DNA of 64,000 bases, taken from assembly GCA_963662795.1 (NCBI GenBank), contig OY759746.1:2272001-2336000 (forward strand). The letters run 5' to 3'. The notes beneath the pieces are model-generated. The model worked only from the letters and a program-made list of their open reading frames with translations. It was not told where the DNA came from and did no database searches. Both the position numbers and the translations under genes were made by a program. This document shows, in pieces, positions 1 through 10,753 of the stretch; position 1 is the stretch's first letter, and the number at the start of each line of letters is the position of its first letter. The DNA is from Spirochaetia bacterium (GTDB lineage: Bacteria; Spirochaetota; Spirochaetia; CADAEX01).

Positions 1-506
1 ATGAGGATTTGATTGTTTTGAAGGGCAAGAATAATTTTTTCTTGAAAAGAATTCAGAAATATATTTTTATTAACAAACCCTGCGTCATAGTCTATATGAA
101 AATTGTGATTCTGATTACTGAAAAGGTTGTTGTTTGTGCGTGGCTTTTTGATATTTATTATAATCCCATCAAATATTGGATCATTAATCATACCAATAAA
201 TGTGATATCTACATTTATACGGTGACCGTTAATATCTAAAATCCGAAAGGAAGATTTCAAAGTATATTCAAGAGGTTGAGTTGCTAAATTTCTAAGAATC
301 TGTGCAAATTTTATTTTTTCTTCTTCAAAAATATATTCTGTAATATTGGATCCCAAAAATACTTCGGATGAGTAGCCAAAGATTTTGTGGGATGAGGCTG
401 TTTCGTGAAGAATTATACCCGTCTCATCCACAATAAGCATGATCTCATTAATATATTTAGTTAAAGTTTCTATGCAGGTTTGAATTTGAATAATATTATT
501 TTTCAT
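1..506 (-). CDS. PAS-domain signalling protein, probably PAS-GGDEF(/EAL); runs off the left edge
   Basis: Manual translation from ATG at 506 (not in the ORF track because there is no stop in the window): MKNNIIQ...IMLIVDETGIILHETASSHKIFGYSSEVFLGSNITEYIFEEE (PAS-like), then DYDAGFVNKNIFLNSF resembling the D-xx-TGL-xNR entry of GGDEF domains. Confidence 0.65.
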   Translation of the reverse strand, partial: MKNNIIQIQTCIETLTKYINEIMLIVDETGIILHETASSHKIFGYSSEVFLGSNITEYIFEEEKIKFAQILRNLATQPLEYTLKSSFRILDINGHRINVDITFIGMINDPIFDGIIINIKKPRTNNNLFSNQNHNFHIDYDAGFVNKNIFLNSFQEKIILALQNNQIL

Positions 507-943
507 AATATAGTAACTAAATATTTAAAAATGTTAGAAATATTGGGAAGTAAAAGATTTTCTACAATTGATGCATTCACTTATGTCTCCAAGTGTTCTA
601 TATAAAAAGTTTCGCATCACTTGGCTAATGTGTAAATCTATCAATGTATATAAAAAAAGGAAACAATTGTATAATTATTTGGAATATCAAAGGCCGTTAA
701 AAATTATTATTAATGCATCTTTGGGATTTGTATGTTTTATTTCTAATGTTGTAATAGTACTATCATGCTGTGGTTGATTATTACAAGCAGTTGGGTTACC
801 CGGTCGATAGATAAAATCCATTCAAGACATTTTATGTTTATTTCTTTATCTATAAACTCTCGTGCAGTGCTCCGTTGTTTTTCCAATTCTAAAAAAATCA
901 AAAATATCCAGTATCATGTTTTATATATTAATAGTCTTATCCT

Positions 944-1702
944 TTATAAAGAGACAGTAAATTCCTCACTCTGAGCAATCCCAACCATCCAGGGGATATT
1001 TTCATAAATAAGATTGCAATAGACTGTAACAAATGCTGATAAATCACCGCTAGCCTCTATGCCATCTTTTATAAAGTCCTCTTTCATCGCAGGGTAAAAT
1101 ATCCAGGTTAGCGCATTATCTATCATTTCCCCATATCCTAGCGACATATTTTTGTCCACCCTTACCGTTGTCTGATATATATATTTCTGGGAGGCATAGC
1201 TCACAACAGCAGAGAAATCAGGAATATCGGATAGGGTCACTCCTGTATTATTTTTATTTAAATTGAGTGACAGGACGTTGGTTGTATGCACTCCACCACC
1301 GGCAGTAGCAGTAACACTATCTATTTTTTCTGGATCTCGTTCTCCCTTCATTGAAAAAAATGCCACAATGAAATATTCGCGACCACTCTGAACAAACGGA
1401 CAGATAAGTGTCCTTGATTTTTTTATCTGGTCTAACGCGGTGTTTCGAATATCGGCAAAGGTATGACTACCGTCAACAGGATTGCTGCTTTCCAATTGAA
1501 CTGAGATGAATATCCGTGTTGTTTCTGGCGGAATATCGGTAAAAATGAGACGAATACCATCTGGCACGCTATTGGCGCTTAATTTGATGTCCTGATATAA
1601 TGCATCTTTATTGCTCACGCATCCCATAAATGCAAAAATATATAACATTATGAAACAGTGTATTTTCAATAAAAAAATATTGTGTTTCATGTTACCCTCC
1701 AA
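944..1702 (-). CDS. Hypothetical lipoprotein
   Basis: 252-aa ORF; basic N-terminus, hydrophobic stretch and lipobox-like FAFMG-C; start could be the second Met. Confidence 0.65.
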   Translation of the reverse strand: MEGNMKHNIFLLKIHCFIMLYIFAFMGCVSNKDALYQDIKLSANSVPDGIRLIFTDIPPETTRIFISVQLESSNPVDGSHTFADIRNTALDQIKKSRTLICPFVQSGREYFIVAFFSMKGERDPEKIDSVTATAGGGVHTTNVLSLNLNKNNTGVTLSDIPDFSAVVSYASQKYIYQTTVRVDKNMSLGYGEMIDNALTWIFYPAMKEDFIKDGIEASGDLSAFVTVYCNLIYENIPWMVGIAQSEEFTVSL

Positions 1703-2022
1703 AAGAAGTAATAGAAAAACTAGATATCCAAATCAAGAACAGTTAAAATATTTACCATCTCCAATCTACTCTAATATATCTTAGCATTAGTGACAATAAT
1801 GCGTTAAGGAGTATTAATATTAATAATTTGAAGTGAAAAATGAAATGTAGACGATTCTTTTTCCAGGTAATCCTACAACTGCTCCATGTATATGGGAAGG
1901 GGATTTTTATGTGAAAGGGATGCGGCGAGTTTTTTGAGACGGAGTAGTGGGAGACGCGGGTAAGATTAATGTCATGTGAATGAGTATGAAAAATGAAAAA
2001 GTAATTGAAATCAGGGAAAAGT

Positions 2023-2490
2023 CTAATTAATTTTTATATATGGATACAGCTTTTTGGCACATTCTGGACAGAGTGAGTGTGTGAAATTTATACCTGAATG
2101 AGTATGTATATATTCTTCAACCTGTCGCCAATATCCTTTATCGTCTCTAATTTTTTTACATGATGAACAAATCGGCAGTAAATATGACAATACATCAACT
2201 TCTTTTTTTATATTTTCCAGTTTATAAATTGTATTTAAAAGCTCCTCGTTAAGATGTGCTGTTTCCCTTTCTTTCTCATAGAGTTTTCTTAAAATTCTAT
2301 GTTGATTTTTAAATATTATATGTGCAGCGACTGTGGCACTGATAGAACTGAAGACTATTGTAATAAGATGTGATTCCCATATGGCAATATCCGGAAATAA
2401 AAATTGTTTCAGTGTTTCATAAGAGGTCATTGAAATAAGCATAAGAATGAAAATAAATATTAATCGGATAAATAAATTCTTAGTTGACAC
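2023..2490 (-). CDS. Two-TM membrane protein with coiled coil and C-terminal Cys-rich LPICxxCKKIRD...HSLCPEC domain
   Basis: Two hydrophobic helices, heptad-rich linker, then LLPICSSCKKIRDDKGYW...FTHSLCPEC, a tail typical of signalling proteins in anaerobes. Confidence 0.75.
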   Translation of the reverse strand: MSTKNLFIRLIFIFILMLISMTSYETLKQFLFPDIAIWESHLITIVFSSISATVAAHIIFKNQHRILRKLYEKERETAHLNEELLNTIYKLENIKKEVDVLSYLLPICSSCKKIRDDKGYWRQVEEYIHTHSGINFTHSLCPECAKKLYPYIKIN

Positions 2491-2648
2491 TTGTTAGTCC
2501 TGATAATTTGAATTTCTGGATAAAGAATATTACGCATAAAGAAGCTGATAGTACATATATTAACACAATTTTAATAATATTGAATGGTAATTTGGGGAAA
2601 ACTAGCTATGATATTGTAGAATGAAGCACAGGGGCGCGGGTAATCCCC

Positions 2649-3601
2649 GAGCCTGTCAAGAATTTTCTGTAAACTCCATTAGACCGGAACCCGGCCTTCA
2701 AATTTTATAGCCAGAAAATTCAATGCCTGGCTCCAATTCTGTATAGGCATCGCCCATTTTTTTCCAATGTTCTGCAGGGCCATATATAATGCAGCTGTAC
2801 GTCCGTTTCAGGAAAGACCGTGCGGAATGGCCTCGGGAAATCCGGTTAAGCCGTCAACCGCCGTTATCAGAATATCCTGTATCCCCGGTTTCTCAACTCG
2901 GTAATGATGGACAGCCAGAATTTGCCCCCTTCATTTTCTCCAGGCCAGAGCCCCGACAGCTCTCTTTTTGACCCTCCAGGGTAATAGCCGGGGCCAGATA
3001 AAATCGATTTCTTCTGAATCCGGCTGTTCTCCCGAACCTTCATGACTATCGCGTCGAAGAATACAATGGGGTAAACAGATTCCATATCCCGGTTTCTCCA
3101 GGCTTCCAGTTCGGCCAGAATACCGTCCGTTATGGATAAGGGGAATCCTCGTTTCCGTAGATTTTTTTCAGGTGTTCGGTGATTCCCGGTTGGACATCCC
3201 CCGGGCGTACATCGATAATATCTTGTCGCTGAATCCCGTGATTTTTCGTTTATGCTTCCCTACAGTTTTGGGTTCAAAGTTTGAATCCCGATCTCGTGGG
3301 ATTTCAATTTCAATGTCTCCCTGATCGCTTCTTACGGTTTTCTTGCTGTTGCCGTTACGCGGTTATCCGTCGGCTTTTCATTGGCTTCTATACTTCTCGT
3401 ACCCGAGATGCTCTGTCAATTCGTTGTTCAGGGCGTTGATTCCATCAACGCCTTTGTAAGCTGTTTGATAATCCCGGCCTCACCTAAAAGGTTTTCAGGA
3501 TTTTTATAATTCTTCAGTAATTCCTGCAATAATTCTTTTGAAATAGCGCATGTACTCCTCTTTTTGAGTTCGGCTATTTACAAAAAATATCTTATACCCT
3601 C
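2649..3601 (-). mobile_element. Degenerate IS256-family insertion sequence
   Basis: Imperfect terminal inverted repeats GAGCCTGTCAAGAATTTTCTGTAAA (from 2649) and GAGGGTATAAGATATTTTTTGTAAA (reverse complement, ending 3601) enclose transposase fragments. Confidence 0.85.
2679..3551 (-). pseudogene. IS256-family transposase pseudogene (frameshifts, internal deletion)
   Basis: Fragments in different frames: ISKELLQELLKNYKNPENLLGEAGIIKQLTKA; ESVYPIVFFDAIVMKVREN; ENEGGKFWLSIITELRNRG; LYMALQNIGKKWAMPIQNWSQALNFLAIKFEGR. Confidence 0.85.
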
Positions 3602-3631
3602 GAAAAATCTTTATAAAAAAGAATCAATGGT

Positions 3632-5062
3632 TTAGTCTGTCAATTGCGCAACAACACAGTCACGCCCATTGTTTTTTGCCATATAAAGCGCGCGATCTGT
3701 TCGGCCTATAATTGTTTCCCATGTGTCTTTTTCTTTAAGCACTGAGATACCTATACTTACTGTCAAATACCCTTCCGGAAGAATTATTGAATGAATTTCC
3801 TGTCTGAGCCTTTCTGCTATTAAAGATGCTTCATCGCTTGTTGTTTCTGTAAGAACAATAATAAATTCCTCTCCCCCAGTTCTACCGATAAAATCTATAA
3901 TACGCATATTTTTTTTTAATATTTTTCCAAGTTTTGTAAGCACAAGGTCTCCCTCAGGGTGTCCGTAGGTATCATTAATTTTTTTAAAATAATCAATATC
4001 TAATGACAATACAGCCATGTCATGCTTATACCTGATCGTTCTTATTATTTCTTCTTGTAATCTTTCAAAAAAATATCTTCTGTTCATAACTCCTGTAAGA
4101 CTGTCAAATCTTGCTAATATCTCAAGTTCTTTCTGGGTCTTAATTAAATCGTTCAGCATATACAGAAATTTTCTTATAAGGTAAATAATTAATATGGTAC
4201 TAAGAAAGTGAATAATTATTCTTCCCAAGCTTCTGAAAGTCCATTTTGAGATCATTGTGGAATTATCTATATCAAAAGTAATTTTGATAGGATAATTAGG
4301 TACAGATTCATATATTAAATACCGTTGATTTTTTATATGTCTACTTTTTTTTATCAATGCAGTACCTGATTTTTCATTGGAAAAAAAATGAAATATTTCA
4401 CCTGGAACAGAAGTGCCTATCACTTTATCTTCAAGCGGGCTTCTGGCAAGAATAATACCGTCATTTCTTACCACTGTGACTTTTAAATTATTTTCATCCG
4501 TAAATGATCTGTTTAAATAATTAAAAATACTTATTTTTGTTACTGCAGTTATTACTGACAGATATTTATTATTTTCAAGTGGAAAAGATACAGGTAATAT
4601 CCACTCTCCGGTAATTCTGCTTTTTTCGGGAGATGAATGATAAATGCCTCTTTTCAGAGGATTCTGCTGCACAAGAAAATATTCTCTGTCACTGACATTG
4701 ATAAGTGGTTGCCCTGATGTATCAGGCTGAAGATAAAGATCACCTTTTTTGTCAATGAATAATAATTCAGTAAATCCATTTGTATTTCTTGTAAATGTTG
4801 ATATCATTTCGTCAAGTTGTGTTTTATTTTCATAGTTTGAATTCAACAATATTGCCAGTTCTTTGAGACTTAAAGTGATTAAATCCATCTGTTGACTAGT
4901 CTGCACTGCTGCAGTTTGACAATAAATACGCATCTTTTCTTTTTCAGAAGCAACTAAACTATCATATTCATTTTTTATCAGACTTAACCCGATAGTCCAG
5001 TAAATGATAAGACCTGTTATTGTTATTTGTAATACAATTCTTTTAATATGATGTAAAATCAT
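3632..5062 (-). CDS. Membrane sensor diguanylate cyclase (Cache-like sensor + GGDEF)
   Basis: Two TM segments around a Cache-like region (INVSDREYF); DSLTGVMNRR, DIDYFKKINDTYGH, RIID I-site and GGEEF active site. Confidence 0.92.
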   Translation of the reverse strand: MILHHIKRIVLQITITGLIIYWTIGLSLIKNEYDSLVASEKEKMRIYCQTAAVQTSQQMDLITLSLKELAILLNSNYENKTQLDEMISTFTRNTNGFTELLFIDKKGDLYLQPDTSGQPLINVSDREYFLVQQNPLKRGIYHSSPEKSRITGEWILPVSFPLENNKYLSVITAVTKISIFNYLNRSFTDENNLKVTVVRNDGIILARSPLEDKVIGTSVPGEIFHFFSNEKSGTALIKKSRHIKNQRYLIYESVPNYPIKITFDIDNSTMISKWTFRSLGRIIIHFLSTILIIYLIRKFLYMLNDLIKTQKELEILARFDSLTGVMNRRYFFERLQEEIIRTIRYKHDMAVLSLDIDYFKKINDTYGHPEGDLVLTKLGKILKKNMRIIDFIGRTGGEEFIIVLTETTSDEASLIAERLRQEIHSIILPEGYLTVSIGISVLKEKDTWETIIGRTDRALYMAKNNGRDCVVAQLTD

Positions 5063-6130
5063 AAATTCCTCATTTTGTATTATTTCTTATATCATTTTTT
5101 AAAAATAAAATGGTGACTGATGAATATTAGCATACACATATTATGGTGCGATACATATTAACCGAATGTTTAAAGTTAATTAATACTTTGTATTTAAACA
5201 ATTAAAATACTATCTTTATCTATCTATGAGAGATGAAAAAAAATCGATATAGTTTTTTGAAAATAAAATATGTAAGCAATATATTCATTTCTTTTATTAA
5301 CGATAATGTCTTCAGCATCAGTTTGAGATTATATTTTCAATATTTTTTGTATTAATTGATGTATACTTGTATGCAATCGCATTCTTAATAATTGTTATTG
5401 TTGGATTTAAAGTAAATAATTATGTTATGATTAATGCTATTATAATAGTTAGTATCAGCATTAATAGTTTATTCATCAAGTTTCCTCTTCACTTACAATA
5501 TGATATTTACGTTAATTACTATTAAATAGAATTAAGAAAATCTAATGATATTATTATGAAGATTTTATATAGAAGTAATTCTGTGTCTTTGTCCCATTAA
5601 GAAGTTTCTTTCTTTTTGGATAAATTGCAAGAAGTAAGTTATATTAATTAGTGAATTGTTTTTATTCTAATTCTGGTCATAAATATACTGAAGGATTTTA
5701 TAACAGAGGACGATAAAAAGTTCCTTGAAAATACTCCTAACCGGATTTTGGAGGAATTCCTTGGAGCTGAAAATACGGACAAAGTAAGAAATGTATACAC
5801 CCCAACATTCAGTTGAAAAAGTGAGAATAATTATTTATTATATATAACAGGCAGAACGGATAGGGTTTTGCCCTTTTTTATTCTTTTCTGAATGATAGAA
5901 GAACTGATAGCAACCTGATTAAAATCATATTGATTATTTTGAAAAACGATTTATAATATATTATCTTCTTCTATCTATATGTTTTATCAGTACATTTATC
6001 CTATTGCCTGTAAGGGAGACAGCTTTTTTTCATAAAAGGAAGCGCCGGAAAAACTCCCGGAATTTTATTTAATTCTTATTGTCGGTAAATTTGATTTTAT
6101 TCCAATTGTGAGTATATATTATATATAGAT

Positions 6131-6694
6131 ATGGAAATTATAGATATTGCGGAAACATTAATAATTCAAGGTATGTACTCTGATGCCAAAACAGTTCTCA
6201 ACCGTCTTCTTGAAGATGAGCCTGATAACAATGAGGCAGTATGTCTTATAGGAATAGCTCTGACTGAAAGCGGAGAAAATGACAGGGCAATCAAGGCGCT
6301 GGATTACTGTCTTAGTAAAAACAGGTACAACGCAGCAGCATGGGAGGCCCTCGGCTGTGCCTGGATGAGAAAGAGCGAACTGGAAAAGGCAAAAGAGGCA
6401 CTTGAATCCGCAGTGAAACTTGAACCCGCGAACTGGTCTGTAAAAAGAAATATGGGCGTTCTGTATATTTTAAAAAGAGATTACAAAAAAGCAAAAGAAC
6501 TTCTGGAATTTGCCAGAGAAAAAAAACCTGAAGACTATAAAACCATTTACGCTCTTATATACGCCTGTGTAAATCTGAAAGATTATAATGAAGCGGAAAA
6601 TCTTATAAGGGAAATCCTTTTTCTTGATATTACTGAAGATATAAAAACTGATGTTGAGCAGCTGCTGATACGCATACAGGCAAAAATGATTTAA
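6131..6694 (+). CDS. TPR-repeat protein
   Basis: Repeated TPR-like helices (AWEALGCAW, VKRNMGVLY, EPDN/EPAN turns). Confidence 0.85.
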   Translation: MEIIDIAETLIIQGMYSDAKTVLNRLLEDEPDNNEAVCLIGIALTESGENDRAIKALDYCLSKNRYNAAAWEALGCAWMRKSELEKAKEALESAVKLEPANWSVKRNMGVLYILKRDYKKAKELLEFAREKKPEDYKTIYALIYACVNLKDYNEAENLIREILFLDITEDIKTDVEQLLIRIQAKMI

Positions 6695-6828
6695 TATATA
6701 GCAATTCTGTATTTAATGAATATTAATAAAAAAAAATTGATAAAATTATCAACATGCCTTATACTAACCGGGTAAAAGTTCAGTCACTACTAAATTAATT
6801 ATTATTTTTCAGGATACACCGGAGGTGC

Positions 6829-8037
6829 ATGGTGAATATTCTTGTTTTAAACAGCGGCAGTTCTTCAATAAAATTCAATCTCTGGAAGATTGAATCAAGG
6901 AAACTTCTTTGTAAGGGCCTTATTGAAAAGATAGGGAAAAAAGACAGTTCCATGACTTACGGACCCAACGGCGGAAAAATAGTTTTTGAAAAAGAGATAT
7001 TGAACCATAAAGACGGCATACAGTTTGTTCTTGATACAATAACAGATGGTAAAAACGGGGTGATAAAAAATATCAGGGAAATAGATGCAGTCGGCCACAG
7101 GGTAGTGCATGGCGGAGAAAAAATAACAAGATCCGAGTTTGTAACAAAAGAAATTGAAAAAATTATTGAAGACTGTATAATGCTGGCTCCTTTGCACAAC
7201 CCGGCTAATCTTGAAGGAATAATAGCGATAGAAAAAGTCCTTCCCGGAGTTCCCAATATAGCGGTTTTTGATACTGCATTTCACTCTTCAATGCCCCCCA
7301 AAGCTTTTATTTATCCGCTTCCCTATGAATTCTACGAAAAATATAAAATAAGAAAATACGGATTTCACGGTACATCTCATAAATATGTTTCATTAAAGGG
7401 CGCTGAAATCCTCGGACTGAAGCCGGAGAAATTCAACTGCATAACCTGCCATCTTGGAAACGGGTCTTCAATCGCCGCCGTAAAGAACGGCCTGTCTGTC
7501 GACACGACAATGGGTTTTACACCTCTTGCGGGACTTCCTATGGGGACAAGGACCGGAAGTATTGATCCTTCGATAATCCTTTACATGATTGAGAAGCTAG
7601 GTTATGAGCCCAAAGCAGTCAATGACATTTTAAACAAGGAATCAGGTTTCAAGGGAATATCAGGGATTTCATCTGACCTGAGGGAAATAAGCGCAGCCGC
7701 CAAAGAGGGGCATGAGAGGGCAATTCTTACATTAAAGATTTTCGCTCATGCTGCCAAAAAGTTTATCGCGGGGCTTGCTACTGAATTGGACGGAAGGGTT
7801 GATGCGATAATATTCACCGGCGGAATCGGCGAAAATTCATCCGAGTCAAGGGAGCTTATCTGCGAAGGACTGCAGATATTCGGAGCTCATATAGACCTGG
7901 AAAAAAACTCATTTATTAAAGGCGAGGGTTTTATTTCACAGGATGATTCCCCGGTAAGGATCATGGTTATTCCCACAAATGAAGAGCTGATGATAGCCCT
8001 TGAGACACAGCGAATTCTTGAAGCAAAAAAGCAGTAA
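6829..8037 (+). CDS. ackA: Acetate kinase
   Basis: ILVLNSGSSSIK, GHRVVHGG, LAPLHNP, FDTAFH, YGFHGTSH, FTGGIGEN, PTNEE; GGAGG RBS. Confidence 0.97.
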   Translation: MVNILVLNSGSSSIKFNLWKIESRKLLCKGLIEKIGKKDSSMTYGPNGGKIVFEKEILNHKDGIQFVLDTITDGKNGVIKNIREIDAVGHRVVHGGEKITRSEFVTKEIEKIIEDCIMLAPLHNPANLEGIIAIEKVLPGVPNIAVFDTAFHSSMPPKAFIYPLPYEFYEKYKIRKYGFHGTSHKYVSLKGAEILGLKPEKFNCITCHLGNGSSIAAVKNGLSVDTTMGFTPLAGLPMGTRTGSIDPSIILYMIEKLGYEPKAVNDILNKESGFKGISGISSDLREISAAAKEGHERAILTLKIFAHAAKKFIAGLATELDGRVDAIIFTGGIGENSSESRELICEGLQIFGAHIDLEKNSFIKGEGFISQDDSPVRIMVIPTNEELMIALETQRILEAKKQ

Positions 8038-8099
8038 AATAACCTGCAGACTGTATATTCCTTAACCTGTATCCAACTCAGCCCTGTAAATACGCCTTA

Positions 8100-9053
8100 T
8101 TATAAAATACCGTCTGCGTAAGAGGTGAAATCAGCAATTGCATCATCCAAATACCTGTCGGTTGTATACCCGGATGCCTTGCTGTGTCCGCCCCCTCCGA
8201 AGTGCTTCGCAATGCTGCTTAAGTCTATATCATCACGCGTTCTGAGGCTTACGCTGCATTTGCCGTTTTTCTCTTCCCTGAAAGAGGCTGTTATTCTGAT
8301 GCCTTTGGTCCCAAGAAATATCTGGTAAAGCATGTCCTTGTCCCTGTCGGTTTCCTTAAAAAACTCAAGATCAGAAATCTTTTCATGGAAAACAAGGAGT
8401 TTACCGTTATGTGATATTACTGCTCTTTCCAGCATCATTTTAAGGAAAGTTATTGATCCTGTTCCCCTGTTGCCGTAAATGGAATAAAAAATTGAATTAG
8501 GCGAAGCGCCAAGATCGCAAAGTTCTCCCGCTGCCTTAAGCGCGTTTCCCGAAGAGGATGTAAGATGTCTGAAAAAGCCTGTATCTGTGCAGAGTCCCAT
8601 AAAAAGCAGACTGCTTTCCTCCATGCTTATTCTATAGTTGTTTTGCTTTAAGAAATTGTAGACAAGATATGTTGCTGAAGGCGCGCTGCTGTCAATATAT
8701 GACGCTGAGGCAGCTTTTGGTTCTGTAAGATGATGGTCAATAACTGCCTGGGGGAATCGCCCCGCATATTCCGCAAAAGGGCCCGTCCTTTCGGCATTTG
8801 CGCAGTCGACAAGGAATACCGCTGTTTTTTCAGTAATATCAGCTTCTGATACTTTTACTCTGAAATAATTTTCATAAGGCTTTATTTCTCTCCGTGTGAA
8901 AGGTACCTGGCTGTAAAGTGATGTTTTTTTCCTCAGTGACCGTAAAAAATTTGATATTACTATTTGACTGCATATACTGTCGGCATCCGGATCTTCATGC
9001 CCGAATACAAGAAAATTATCAAAATTATTAATAAAATCCATAATGGCTTTCAT
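8100..9053 (-). CDS. nrnA: DHH/DHHA1 phosphoesterase (nanoRNase/pAp phosphatase NrnA-like)
   Basis: GHEDPDADS, IDHH, DTGFF, SLRT, FGGGGH motifs. Confidence 0.9.
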   Translation of the reverse strand: MKAIMDFINNFDNFLVFGHEDPDADSICSQIVISNFLRSLRKKTSLYSQVPFTRREIKPYENYFRVKVSEADITEKTAVFLVDCANAERTGPFAEYAGRFPQAVIDHHLTEPKAASASYIDSSAPSATYLVYNFLKQNNYRISMEESSLLFMGLCTDTGFFRHLTSSSGNALKAAGELCDLGASPNSIFYSIYGNRGTGSITFLKMMLERAVISHNGKLLVFHEKISDLEFFKETDRDKDMLYQIFLGTKGIRITASFREEKNGKCSVSLRTRDDIDLSSIAKHFGGGGHSKASGYTTDRYLDDAIADFTSYADGIL

Positions 9054-9078
9054 ATTGCATACCGCTCCGGTGAATTTA

Positions 9079-10242
9079 TCATTTTAAAAGAAGGATATAT
9101 TTCTGAGGAGATCCCCCTGAAATAACCAGTGACTTATTTATAATATAACAATTTATTTCCGTTCTTATACCGAAATCATTAAAATAAAGTCCAGGTTCCA
9201 CTGAAAAACATGAACCTTCAATCAGCGGCCGGTTATCAGGGAATTCAACAGAGTCAAGATTTGCGCCGTATCCGTGCAGTTCAAGGTCAATTGCATGACC
9301 GGTTCTGTGTTTGATTGCATCTCCATAGCCTGATCCGTAAAGAACACTTCTTGCGATGGAGTCTGCTTCAGCTCCTGATACAGATGCATTTTTATCAAGC
9401 TGCCTGCTTATGAAATTTGTAACCGCATCTCTTGCTTCCATGACTGCTCCAAAGGAATTCTCCAAAGGTGCAGGGCAGAAGGGAGCTGTAAATCCGGCCC
9501 AGGAAATATCAGCATATACAGAACCGGGAATATCAAGTCTGCCCCAGATATCAAACTGTACCGGCATGTTTTTTTCAAGTACAGTATCACTTGTACCGGT
9601 ATCATAATGAGGGTCAGCTGTGTTTCCGGCAAATGCCAGAAGCGGAAGATGCTCTGTAACCAGATTATTTTCCCTGTACCTGTCAAGAATAAAAGCCTGT
9701 ATTTCCTTTTCTGTGACAGCCTGATTTTTTCCTATACAGGAAGAGATAAGATCCCAGCTTTCAGATATGATCTCATAGAGCGCCTTGCCTGCCTTCTCAT
9801 GTGAAGCCATCTGTTCTTTATCAAGCACTCCGATTGTTTTCTGAACAAGGGGGGCGGAGCTCTTGGTTCTGATTCCACAGCTCTCAAGCAGGGAAGCTGT
9901 ACCGCTGTCAAGAAAAGATATCTGGGTCAGGTTTATATCGTCCTGGACTGCAAAAAGCATTTCTTTAAATCTGCCTAAAATTACCTTAAGTTCATCCCTT
10001 GAGGTATATATAATCTTTTCGCCCGGCAGATGATCGAGAGCATCAGGTTCAACATTGTGTGTGATTTTTATATTTTTCCTGTCAGGAAAAATCAGATAAA
10101 ACCAGCCCCTGCTGTTTAATTTTGTACTGTCAATCCCTAAAATCAGATCCGAAAGAAGATCCCTGTGTCTGAAATTAAAAAAAAGCCATCCGGAATAGTT
10201 TTCTTCCAGAATGGCTTTTTCTATTTTATCCGCGTTGTACAT
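9079..10242 (-). CDS. M24 family Xaa-Pro aminopeptidase
   Basis: DPHY, FDIWG, YADISW, HRTGHAI, FSVEPGLY, GIRTE metal-site motifs. Confidence 0.9.
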   Translation of the reverse strand: MYNADKIEKAILEENYSGWLFFNFRHRDLLSDLILGIDSTKLNSRGWFYLIFPDRKNIKITHNVEPDALDHLPGEKIIYTSRDELKVILGRFKEMLFAVQDDINLTQISFLDSGTASLLESCGIRTKSSAPLVQKTIGVLDKEQMASHEKAGKALYEIISESWDLISSCIGKNQAVTEKEIQAFILDRYRENNLVTEHLPLLAFAGNTADPHYDTGTSDTVLEKNMPVQFDIWGRLDIPGSVYADISWAGFTAPFCPAPLENSFGAVMEARDAVTNFISRQLDKNASVSGAEADSIARSVLYGSGYGDAIKHRTGHAIDLELHGYGANLDSVEFPDNRPLIEGSCFSVEPGLYFNDFGIRTEINCYIINKSLVISGGSPQKYILLLK

Positions 10243-10655
10243 TAAAAGGAGAATTCAGGCTTGTCTATATCAAAACTGTTATCGTATTTGTTGGGATCGG
10301 AAAGAGTTCCCCATGAAGGGTCGGATTTCTGTTCTCTTAAATACAGCCTCAGGTGGGAAAAGCCATTTTTGTCCCAGTATATGTTCATATAGGGATATTC
10401 AGGTTTAGACCCGTAAAAAACTTCCGCCAGCCATTTGTTGTCTGGCATCTGGGGGACCTGAAACCATTTATAGGGGATAAATACCCTGTGAAGATCCATG
10501 TTCTGTTTTTCATAAACTACCACAAATCCTTTCTGGTGGTGGTATACCTTGTATACTGTAACAGCTTTAACATAATAGTCTGACTCAGCACTGTATGTGC
10601 TGTATGTTATTGTCGCAAGTATTATCAGTGACAATATGACAACCCATTTTTTCAA
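10242..10655 (-). CDS. Exported hypothetical protein
   Basis: TTG start with GGAGG RBS, signal peptide, stop overlaps next ATG. Confidence 0.7.
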   Translation of the reverse strand: MKKWVVILSLIILATITYSTYSAESDYYVKAVTVYKVYHHQKGFVVVYEKQNMDLHRVFIPYKWFQVPQMPDNKWLAEVFYGSKPEYPYMNIYWDKNGFSHLRLYLREQKSDPSWGTLSDPNKYDNSFDIDKPEFSF

Positions 10656-10753
10656 TTTAACGCCTCCGGATTGAAGAATAAAAAATACATTACAATTTAA
10701 TTAAAGATTCTTAAATTATATAACCAATAATTATTGAAATCAAGACAAAATAA

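Noticed and set aside
9-974. Plus-strand short ORFs 9-239, 568-777 and 765-974
   Set aside because: AT-rich low-information translations; 9-239 is antisense to the PAS-domain gene
2641-3610. Target-site duplication or active IS256
   Set aside because: Flanks TAATCCCC and GAAAAATC differ, and the transposase is broken
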